From Octopus sinensis (Eukaryota), in NCBI RefSeq assembly GCF_006345805.1, contig NW_021823920.1, positions 1 to 20,631 of the forward strand: a stretch of DNA of 20,631 bases. Reading direction: 5' to 3'. Made by a program: the position numbers and the translations under genes. Each line of letters starts with the position of its first letter. Position 1 is the stretch's first letter. Of the stretch, positions 1-9,829 are shown piece by piece. Below the pieces are notes generated by a model. That model did no database searches, was not told where the DNA came from, and saw nothing but the letters and a program-made list of their open reading frames with translations.

Positions 1-132
1 GGCGCATGTTAGCATTTGATACAAATCCCTAGGCAAGCAGTCATGCAACATCATGTCAATGTGGGTCGAACTTCTCTGGAAGCTATTTAACTATTAATCT
101 TATGTTTACCATATATTTGAAATATTTTACCT

Positions 133-176
133 GGTGCCCCAGCATGGCTGCAGCTCTGAGCTGAAACTAAAAAAAC
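133..176 (+). mobile_element. 3' tail fragment of SINE family A
   Basis: GGTGCCCCAGCATGGCTGCAG...CTGAAAC plus an A-rich end matches the 3' ends of the fuller family A copies (reverse complement of 2733-2780 and 6541-6590; 13966-14015). Confidence 0.6.
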
Positions 177-2383
177 AAACACTATTTTAGAACACCATTC
201 GAACTCTGAGCCCCACCGCGTAAGTTAGTTCTGAATATATACATTATCCTATACTTGACTCGAATATGAAATCGATATTTTTATTTTTCTAAAAGAATCG
301 TAGTAGCATCCTTTTTACAGACGCCTGTATAGTACATACACCGATGCTGTAGTAGATGAAGACTTTCTATCGTTCGTTTAGAAAAGCTTACACCACTGAT
401 AAAGACCCAGAGTAAAATTAATGTGACTTACAATCCTACCTTCCATCAAAATTTCTTTTGGTTTCGTTTAGATTGGGTTTTGGATCACTATTGTTTCAAG
501 AAATTCAGTATTCTGCTACAGTTGAGTGAACGAGCAGCGGTAGAAGTGATGTCGATCGCATCAAGGCAGACTGGCACACCATGGCTGAAGATCTCATAAA
601 CTGCCATGGCGGTCCCATTCGGGAGTGATATTTCGAAACTCCATTGTGCAAGTAGTGACCCACAACTTTCTCTCTGCTTATGTGCCGTCTGAGTTTGATC
701 GCTCCAAAGACTAACAGGTGACTGAGATGGGTGAAAGTAGTCAATATTCTCTAAAGGTGGGATATATTGAATGCAAAGAAAGTGTAGCTCATATGTGTGT
801 ATGCATCTTGTAGAATTGTGAATATCATTATGTACATAGATTTGTGATGTCTTTTTGATAAGTGACTAATGCATCAAGTTACATCCCGTAATTTACGATT
901 TAGAAACATGAAAAAGAAAATTACAAAATGCAATCGAAAATGTCGACTGTGTCACAGATTTCTGTTCAAATAATTACACAGAATTAAAGCTGTTTCGAAA
1001 CGTCATCAAACTATTAATCGTCTCACTCAACAGAATATCTTGATAAAACGGACAATAATGTTATCTAAACGTAAATATCACAAATAGGAATAATGATCAT
1101 AAATGTGGCTGATGTAGAATGCATCAACACCTTTCCAATGCAATAAATATAGGGGGAACAGCTTTTACGGGTTACAAACATAACTTCCTTGTTAAAGTCA
1201 TTTGAAGCTGAAAACAAAAGTTTATTCTGTTCATGGAAGAGTCCAGTGTAATACATGGGTAGGAGAGGTGCAGTCGAAGTGTAGGAGTCCAGGTGTAGAA
1301 GAAAGTCCAGCTAGATAATCTAGGTAGAATAGTCCAAGAAAAGTTCGAAGTGGAGATGGAAGCAGATGGGAACACTATAAAAATTTATTTAAACATAAAA
1401 CTTTGTGGAAAGTCGTTATCCTAATTATAGATTCATTTATACATGCAGTTCTCGACATATTTTATTATGCTGTCAAATAATTAAGATATAATCTAAAAAA
1501 AACTGTAACAGCTAGAAGAAGAATAAAAAAAAAATTAAAAAAGCAAAAACAAATAGGTCAAACTGAACAGACAAATGTACAATAATTTTTGGAAGTTTAG
1601 CCCGGGACTCCGCCGAGTAGATTCCGCGTTGGCAGAGCTTGGTAGAACTTGGCTTTTAATGATTAATAGGAATGCGTTCATTGCGAGAAGATAAATTATA
1701 AACGCACCCATATATATGCATAAGTATCAAACATGTATGAGTCCATTTGCAAAGCAGCATTTTCTATTTGCTGCAATACAAGACATGCATAAAATTATGG
1801 CGTACACATTAGTATGTTTCGATACAGCTATTCATATTTATTCAAAATACGAGACTGGGAAGCTAATTAAGCAGTTATTGATTCTCTTCTACTTCCTGAC
1901 TGCGTGTCCAACTGAATGGGAAGAAGGCAGGCATTAATTTCCAAAGTTTAGTGCTGATTAACATGTTTTCAGATACATCAGTAGCCATCATTAGTGCACA
2001 GAGAAAGTTATACACATAGGCATCAAATATAGTTCAAGAGTAAAGAGAAAAAAATTATATTAGAATTTATTGTATTTCGGGACGGTCATTATACCAATAA
2101 TTAAAACACGCATTGGTTCTATTTCTCTTCTTTTATTATTATTAGTCAATTCGTTAATATTTAACCAAGTAACTAGTCGACAGTTTGACTAATCTTTCGG
2201 TCACTCAGTCAGGTTTGCCAAGCTCCTTTTTAGTTGCTATTCGTGACCTCGTCAATGGCATGCTCTCTCAGCACCAGGTCTGCTTCAGGCTTGTTTGCCT
2301 GTTTCAAAGCCCTCTCAAGATTCAACACAAACTTTTTCAACACATATTCAGCATCAAGAATCTCGCAGACCAAATAGAAAAAT

Positions 2384-2433
2384 CAGCACCACCAGCACCA
2401 GCACCAGCAGCAGCACCACCACCACCACCACCA

Positions 2434-2465
<32 letters not shown>

Positions 2466-2487
2466 CACCACCACCACCACCACCACC

Positions 2488-2519
<32 letters not shown>

Positions 2520-2545
2520 CAACAACAACCAGCGCCAGCACCACC

Positions 2546-2607
<62 letters not shown>

Positions 2608-2622
2608 CACAACAACAACACA
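2384..2622. repeat. Compound trinucleotide microsatellite (CAG/CAC/CAA)n
   Basis: Visible alternating blocks of CAC, CAA and CAG; explains five overlapping homopolymer-rich ORFs on both strands. Confidence 0.95.
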
Positions 2623-2732
2623 AAATATGTAAAATTTTACTATTTATACATAAGAAATATTTAGTTGCAAAGGTTTTTTACTGGTGATTGAAAAACAATA
2701 GATTATATGCTTTAGCTGAGGTTACACACTTA

Positions 2733-2909
2733 TTCTTTTATTTGTTTCAATCTCGACTGCGGCCGAGCTGTAGCACCGCCTTTAGTCGAACAAATCGACC
2801 CTAGAACTTATTCTATCGGGCTCTTTTGCCGAACCTCTACATTACGGGGACGTAAATACACCAACATCGATTGTCAAGAGAATATAGGGGACAAAATGCA
2901 GACACACAA

Positions 2910-2942
<33 letters not shown>

Positions 2943-3202
2943 GTTTGTCCGACGAACGGCAAAGCGAAACTCAGAGTAACAGCTTTTGTGGAATTTTCTG
3001 CTGCTTTAAATAATATATATATATATATATATATATACACGATGGGCTTCTTTCAGTTTCCGTCCACCAAATCCACTGACAAGGCTTTGATCGGCCCGAA
3101 GCTATAGTAGAAGACATTTGCGTAAGGTGCCATGCAGTGGGACTGAACTCGGAACCATGTGGTTGGTAAGCAAGTTACTTACCACACAGCCATTCCTACG
3201 CC
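2733..3202 (-). mobile_element. tRNA-derived SINE, family A (CORE-like domain, internal microsatellite), near full length
   Basis: Minus strand reads GGCGTAGGAATGGCTGTGTGGTAAG (A-box-like)...GAGTTCAGTCCC (B-box-like)...GGCACCTTACGCAAATGTCTTCTACTATAGC, then a (TA)n/(TG)n tract, a 3' body and an A-rich tail. Collinear with five other copies in the window. Confidence 0.9.
2944..3013 (+). mobile_element. Penelope-like element terminal fragment with decayed minimal hammerhead fold, nested in the SINE (TA)n tract
   Basis: TTGT-CCGACGA-ACGGCAAAGC-GAAA-CTC-A-GAG-TA-ACAG; homologous to the reverse complement of 6918-6982 and flanked on both sides by (TA)n. PLE assignment is inferred from the known association of minimal hammerheads with PLE termini. 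Confidence 0.6.
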
Positions 3203-3524
3203 TTGTGGATATTGTTCAGCACCAGTGCAGCTTTGAGCAGACGTATGACCAAATGTATTGTAGTTTTGACTATCTACTCTTTTAACCGCACGTAATATAT
3301 CTAGGATTGCATTATTTAATGTGACTTTGTTAAAAACACTGCAGCGTATGATTTGAGAAAGGTTTGGCATCTTTTGCTACAGGTTGAATAATCGTGTGGA
3401 AATTTTGTCACTGGCTTCAGGTTGTTTGAATATGCGGGATTATATAATTACTTTGAAAGGTAGGCGAAAGGGATAAGAGAATGACAAAGGTGAAAGGGGC
3501 TAATTTTCTCTCTCTTTCACAACA

Positions 3525-3560
3525 TATGCGTATACGTGTGTGTGTGTATGTATCTAAGTG

Positions 3561-3592
<32 letters not shown>

Positions 3593-3672
3593 ATTATATA
3601 ATATATATATATATATAATATATATATATATATGTACATATATATTATATATACATATATGTGTGTATGTAT
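3525..3672. repeat. (TG)n/(TA)n microsatellite
   Basis: Directly visible. Confidence 0.9.
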
Positions 3673-3842
3673 TATTTATACAAGCTTTCGTTTATACGAA
3701 TACCCATATAATTGTGGTTAGTGATACCATTAGAGACGGAAGGAACCGTAATTAGAAATAGAGCTCCGAATAAATCAAATCAGAATTTTATTTATTTGCT
3801 TATTTATCTATTTATTCATTTTTTTGAAATTCTCAGGAAGAA

Positions 3843-3971
3843 TTCTGTTGTGTTAGATTATTACATAACTACTTCTGTTGCATCCACAAATGCAATAGAC
3901 TTGATACAGTGAGAGTCTCTTTATCATTACACACATACACACACACACACACATATATATAATTATACTTA

Positions 3972-4010
<39 letters not shown>

Positions 4011-4172
4011 TATGTGTGTTTTCCAATGCATATACATGTTCACGGATGTATACATCTATATTATATATAAATCATACATATCTATCTATCCATCATCTCT
4101 CTCCTCCTCTCTCTCTCACACACACACATGGCATATATATATGATCGGGCCGATCAAACATACACACACACA

Positions 4173-4235
<63 letters not shown>

Positions 4236-4498
4236 GAAGACAAATAGTATTAAGCCAAATATATTGTCAGATATATCATTTCTCTGCTTTATCGTAAAAG
4301 CTGTTCTAGACTTAATCAGTTATATATCTGACATGGATAGGTAACTCTTCGAATATCAGTTGTCGTTATGGTAACTCTGCCAACTATCGGCTTTTCACCA
4401 CGACCAATAAATAAATAAAGAACGAAAGAAAGGAAGAAAGGAAGGAAGGAAGAAAAAAGAAACAAAACAGTAAATATTGAAAATGTAATCGTTGAAAA
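3843..4498 (+). repeat. Direct segmental duplication, copy 1
   Basis: Begins TTCTGTTGTGTTAGATTATTACATAAC and ends GAAAATGTAATCGTTGAAAA; same start, end and unique blocks as 5222-5800 (about 12 substitutions counted in ~260 unique bp). Confidence 0.95.
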
Positions 4499-5221
4499 TT
4501 ACTTTTTTCCAGGAAATAATTCCCAGGAATGGAAGGAGGGTAGGAATTACATCCTGGAAAATTCCGAGGAGGAGGAGGGGGAGGAATGGGACGAATTACT
4601 TCTGGAAAGTTCCGAGGATTGGAGGGAGTTTTTCCTGGAAAGTCCCAAGGAGGGGGTTGAATTACATCCTGGAATGTTCCAAGGAGAGGGTGAATTACTT
4701 TTTGGAAAGTTCCAAGGAAGGGATGAATTACTTCCTGGAAAGTTCTGAGGAGGGGATGAGTTACTTCCTGGAAATTTTCAAAGAGGGGAGGAATTACTTC
4801 CTGGAAAGTTCCGAGGTCTGGAATAATTTATTTCTGGGAAGTTCCGAGGAGAGGGAGGAGGAATTACTTCCTGGAAAGTTCCTTGGAATGGAAGGAATGG
4901 GTGGAATTACTTTCTGGAAAGTTCCAAGCAGGGGGAGGAATTACTTCCTGGAAAGTTCAGAGGGGGTGGAGGAAAAACTTCCTGGAAACTTCCAAGGGGG
5001 GAGGAATTATATCCTGAAAAGTTCTGAGGAGGCGGAGGAACTACTTCCTGGAACTTTCCGTGGAGGAGGCTCTCCCTTCTGGGAACTTTCCAGGAAGCAA
5101 TTCCTCCGCTTCCTCCCCTCCTAGGAAGTTTTTGGAAATATTTCCTCACCTCCTCCGAACTGTCCAGGCAGTAGGGAGGAATTACTTCCTAGAAAGTTCC
5201 CCTCTTCGGAACTTTCCATGT
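4499..5221. repeat. Minisatellite array, ~33-bp period, core GGAATTACTTCCTGGAAAGTTCC plus purine-rich linker, ~20 units with inverted units at the 3' end
   Basis: Cores start near 4544, 4593, 4625, 4659, 4692, 4725, 4758, 4790, 4820, 4860, 4903, 4937, 4971, 5003 and 5037. Reverse-oriented units at ~5081-5173, a forward unit at ~5178-5200 and a partial reverse unit at ~5201-5218. Confidence 0.93.
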
Positions 5222-5404
5222 TTCTGTTGTGTTAGATTATTACATAACTACTTCTGTTGCATCCACAAATGCAATAGACTTGATATAATGAGAGTCACTT
5301 TATCATTATATATATATATATATATATAATATATATACATACATACATACATACATACATACATACATACATACCCTACATATATACATACATATATGTA
5401 TGTC

Positions 5405-5483
<79 letters not shown>

Positions 5484-5800
5484 TATATAATTATATATAT
5501 ACACACATATATATATATGTATGAAAACAAATAGTGTTAAGCCAAATATATTGTCAGATATATCATTTCTCTGCTTTATCGTAAAAGCTGATCTAGACTT
5601 AATCAGTTTTATATCTGACATGGATAGTTAACTCTTCGAATATCTGTTGTCGTTATGGTAACTCTGCTAATTATCGGCTTTTCACCACGACCAGTAAATG
5701 AATAAATAAAGAAAGAAAGGAAGAAAAAAGGTAGGAAGGAAGGAAGGAAGGAAGAAAAAAGAAAAAAAACAGTAAATATTGAAAATGTAATCGTTGAAAA
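5222..5800 (+). repeat. Direct segmental duplication, copy 2
   Basis: Matches 3843-4498 except in the internal microsatellite tract. Confidence 0.95.
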
Positions 5801-6148
5801 GTCAACTAAAATAATTAGCAGATGTCATTGAGAACAATTTTGGGTGACTAAAATTCGCGTGCTATTAGAATTTTCGAATGATTCTATCTTTACCAAATAT
5901 TGACAAAAAAAATGTAATATCAAATATTGAAAAGTTAAAGATTATCATTGATCTTTATTAATTTTGGTCGGATTCTATCTTCTAATAAATAATAAACTGA
6001 TTCAGACGAAATTATCTGTTATATAATAGATTTATCTGTTAAATAATAGATTTATCGTCCTCACAATCAGTTCCGTACAAAATAGCAAAGGTCTAACGTT
6101 ATTCCTTATATATTTCTTAAGCTTTCTTTTGCGCTTTAAATTTCCTTG

Positions 6149-6319
6149 TACTTGTTTTTTAGTCGAAGAAATCTACCCCAGAACTTATTCTTTGCAAGCT
6201 TAGAACTTAATCTATCGATCTCTATTGCCAAACTACTAAGTTACGGTGACATAAACTCACCAGCATGGGTTGTAAAGGGATAGCGGGTGGACGAGACAGA
6301 CAAACAGACACACACACAT

Positions 6320-6373
<54 letters not shown>

Positions 6374-6520
6374 CGGGTTTCTTTCAGTTTTTGTCTACCA
6401 AATCGACACACAAGGCCATAATCGACCCGATGCTATAGAGAACACTTGCCCAAGGTGCCACGCAGTAGGATTGGACCCGGAACCATGTGCTTGAGAAGCA
6501 AACCTCTTACCACACAACCA
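6149..6520 (-). mobile_element. tRNA-derived SINE, family A
   Basis: Minus strand TGTGTGGTAAGAGGTTTGCTT...CATGGTTCCGGGTCCAATCC...GGCACCTTGGGCAAGTGTTCTCTATAGC, internal (TG)n and 3' body; collinear with 2733-3202. Confidence 0.88.
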
Positions 6521-6540
6521 ATTTTCATGGATGTTTTATA

Positions 6541-6779
6541 TTTTACTTATTTCACTCATTAGACTATGGCCATACTGGAGCACTGCCTTGAAAGGTTTTG
6601 ATCAATCAAATTGACCCTAGTACTTATTTTCTTATTTAAAATCTACTACCTATTCTATCGTTTCTTTCTTGTTGAACTGCTAGGTTACGAAGATGTAGAC
6701 AAATCAACACCGGTTGTCAAGCAGTAGTAGGTGATTAACGTAAACACTCATGTATATTCACATAAACATACACATACAG

Positions 6780-6828
<49 letters not shown>

Positions 6829-7042
6829 CATACACCCCACACACACACGTGGGCACACAAGTGCAAACAAGGCAGAAAAAATAGTACTCGAATACCAAAG
6901 GTAGAGTAGTATGCTTTTTTATTAAAGCTGCAAAATTATCACAGAGCTGTTACACAGTTTCACATTCCTCTTCGTGGGACAATTGTGATGAAATATATAT
7001 ATATATATAATACATACATACATACATACATACATACATACA

Positions 7043-7076
<34 letters not shown>

Positions 7077-7283
7077 CATACATACATACATATATACATG
7101 TATTTCTATATACGCACATTTACGACGGCTTTCTACACTATTTCCGTCTATAAAATTCCCTCACAAGATATTGGTCTCTCAGTGGATATAGTAGAAAACA
7201 TTTCCTCAAGTTGCTGCGCAATAGGACCGAACTCGAAACTGCATAGTTACAAACCAAGCTTCTTAACCACACAGCCATGCCTC
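6541..7283 (-). mobile_element. tRNA-derived SINE, family A (older, diverged) with expanded microsatellite and nested insertion
   Basis: Head AGGCATGGCTGTGTGGTTAAGAAGCTT at 7283-7256; 3' body at 6541-6730 (GCAGTGCTCCAGTATGGCCATAGTC on minus); (TA)n/(TACA)n in the middle. Confidence 0.8.
6850..6992 (-). mobile_element. Penelope-like element terminal fragment with decayed hammerhead fold, nested in the SINE microsatellite
   Basis: Minus strand TTGT-CCCACGA-AGAGGAATGT-GAAA-CTGTG-TA-ACAG...GCAGCTTTAATAAAA; homologous to 2944-3013; AATAAA downstream of the fold. Confidence 0.55.
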
Positions 7284-8291
7284 TGTTTATATGTTTGTAT
7301 GTTACCTGATTTCTTTAATATGAATAGTGTTATAAGGCAGGCTTCGAAAATTGTTCGAGGCGATGCCATCAGCCTTTAGGAATTGATGATTTCAGTTGAC
7401 AAAAGTCATTGGACCGTTAACATCGAAATTGTAATTTTCTTACGGAATTACAAACTATATTCGTAGAACAGGCGTGACAAATTTCATACGCCATTGACCT
7501 CTTCATTGAATCATCGATTACTTTCCGAGTCTCACATTGTAAATTTATAAAATAAAATTAAGAAGTATAATTGATAAAAAAATTCTGCATTTAAAATAGA
7601 AAAATTCGTTCGTTGTTTTTGAGTCATTACAGCTTTTTAATAAGAAATATTTAAACAAATTTAATTTAAATACTTAACGAAATTGATAAAGAACAATAAT
7701 GAGTCATTCACATTGATATAGTCGGAATATTTAATGTGAAATATTTGATTGGTTAACATTTTATTGCATATCGATATTTAGCTGAAAATTAGTGAGTTTT
7801 AATCATAAATTACCATATCAGACTCTTCCAGATTCAGTTCTCTAATAATTCAGCACCTTTAATGTTCAAATTCGTTACAGATGTTTATTGACTACTTGCA
7901 TAGCCACATACTCCCCAACGGTCAGTATTGGCCAGTTACCGACTATTTTCTTAAATTATACAAATTTTGAAAAGTATCGTGTATAAATTGAATATGCATG
8001 CAGAAGATTTGTGCGTATATACGATAGATTTTCATTAAAAATAGTTGTGAAATACAATGTCCCTCGGTTTATACAGTACAAGGTTTGTACAATTTCACTT
8101 AGCACGGTTTTTCTCCTTCAAATGCAGAAACAGCACTTCGTTTTTCGTTGCGGTTTTACATTTTCTTTTGATATTACTTTAATTTCAGTTAGGCTGGTAG
8201 CGATATGAATAATATGGACTATGGAACAAGAGATTCAAGTTACGACTCCTACTGAACTTTAAATTATACTGATTTCTAATATTGACTTTAA

Positions 8292-8495
8292 GGCGGCGAG
8301 CTGGCAGAATAGTTAGCATGCGAGGCGAAATGCGCAGCCGTATTTCGTCTGCCGCTACGTTCTGAGTTCAAATTCTGCCGAGGTCGACTTTGCCTTTCAT
8401 CCTTTCGGCGTTGATTAAATAAGTACCAGTTACTCCAGTTGTCTGTCCTTGTTTGTCCCCTCTGTGTTTAGCCCCTTGTGGGTACTAAAGAAATA
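8292..8495 (+). mobile_element. tRNA-derived SINE, family B (Meta-domain-like), monomer 1
   Basis: GGCGGCGAGCTGGCAGAATAGTTAG (A-box-like), GAGTTCAAATTC (B-box-like), GCCTTTCATCCTTTCGGCGTTGATTAAATAAGTACCAG (resembles, from recall, the MetaSINE central domain); tail ends AAAGAAATA. Confidence 0.85.
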
Positions 8496-8665
8496 GGTAT
8501 TTTGTCTGCCGCTACGTTCTGAGTTCGAATTCCTCCAAGATTGATTTGCATTTCATTCTTTCGGGGTCGATAAAATAAGCACCAGTTAAGCACTGGGGTC
8601 GATCTAATCGATTTAACCCCCACCCCGAAGTTGCTGGCCTTGTGCCAAAACTTGAAAATAATATT
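8496..8665 (+). mobile_element. SINE family B, 5'-truncated monomer 2 with a different 3' tail
   Basis: GGTATTTTGTCTGCCGCTACGTTCTGAGTTCGAATTC repeats 8340-8375; tail GTTGCTGGCCTTGTGCCAAAACTTGAAA matches the tail of 9458-9670. Confidence 0.8.
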
Positions 8666-9177
8666 GTTTTAATTTCACTTCTTCGACAGTGAGGTAGCCT
8701 AACCTGTGAACATAAGCTTAATTTAGAATTATGTTTTTGGTGCGAAACGAACTCTTGCCTATTTATTCGTAATGTGTTTCAGCAGATGGGAACACAAAAA
8801 GGCTAATCCCTGTAGTCTTCGTCACAAGAGAACAGCGATTAGAATTTTTCCGTTCGAATCTGCCGGAATGGTTCAAGAATGAATATGAAAAGTCAGCGTT
8901 TCGAATTTGCCTGTTCATCATGCAAAGAACGATTTATTGTGTATTTGTATTTTGCTAAATATATTTTCTGAAATTGAGTAACACGGTTTCACTGGTGAAG
9001 AAAATTGATTTCTCTAAAAAAAATGTAACTTAACATAAATCTACTTCGCAATCAAAAGAGTTCAACAGACACAGCTAAACAGTTTAATACATATGAAGCA
9101 ACTGTTGAAACAATTAACAGAAACCAACGGGAAGAATAGCAGAATCAGTATAGCCATTGTATATTACTATCATTAAA

Positions 9178-9251
9178 GCATATATCATGCATACGTCATG
9201 CATACGTCATGCATACGTCATGCATATATCATGCATATATTATGCATACGT
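9178..9251. repeat. 11-bp tandem repeat (CATGCATACGT/CATGCATATAT) x ~6.5
   Basis: Directly visible. Confidence 0.9.
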
Positions 9252-9383
9252 AGTAACAAATTGGTTATCAAAGGACAGGTAGCTTGCAAAATGATTTAAA
9301 GAACAAAATACAGTATAGACCCTTTTAAACAAGTTAATTAGTCAAACTTACAGCGCTCCAAAAACACACCTCCAGCTATGGCG

Positions 9384-9428
<45 letters not shown>

Positions 9429-9444
9429 GTAATAATAATAATAA
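9384..9444. repeat. (AAT)n microsatellite
   Basis: Directly visible. Confidence 0.95.
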
Positions 9445-9457
9445 CATTATTATTAAA

Positions 9458-9668
9458 GGCGGTGAGCTGGACGAAATGTTAAGCGGTATTTCGCCCGTCG
9501 CTATGTTCAACGTTCAAATTCTGCTGAGGCCGATTTTGCCTTTCATAAGTATCAGTTGAACTGATACTTTCATAAGTATCAGTTGAACTGATACTTTCAT
9601 AAGTATCAGTCGATGTAATCGGCATATTCTCTCCCTCAAATTGCTGCCCTTATGGCAAAATTTGAAAC

Positions 9669-9670
<2 letters not shown>
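9458..9670 (+). mobile_element. SINE family B copy with internal deletions and a palindromic 27-bp tandem repeat
   Basis: GGCGGTGAGCTGG/ACGAAATGTTAAGCGGTATTTCG...GTTCAAATTCTGCTGAGGCCGATTTTGCCTTTCAT aligns to 8292-8400; tail TTGCTGCCCTTATGGCAAAATTTGAAACCA then (TTA)n. Confidence 0.82.
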
Positions 9671-9732
<62 letters not shown>

Positions 9733-9739
9733 ATCATCA

Positions 9740-9829
<90 letters not shown>

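Noticed and set aside
505-744. 79-aa ORF and CCATGG-CTGAAGA...CCATGG hairpin (579-608)
   Set aside because: No recognisable protein motif; the hairpin lacks GAAA and a usable stem II/III, so it is not a hammerhead.
2185-2687. Poly-P/T/H/Q/N ORFs
   Set aside because: Stop-free in most frames simply because CAN repeats lack stops; no domain or splice support.
4492-5124. 210-aa ORF with NYFLESS/WKVPR repeats
   Set aside because: The peptide repeat shifts among all three frames along the ORF, showing no frame conservation; TTG start; by-product of the 33-bp period.
4499-5221. CRISPR-like array
   Set aside because: Linkers are mostly ~7-20 bp, mutually similar and purine-rich; repeats are degenerate and flip strand; eukaryotic context; no cas genes.
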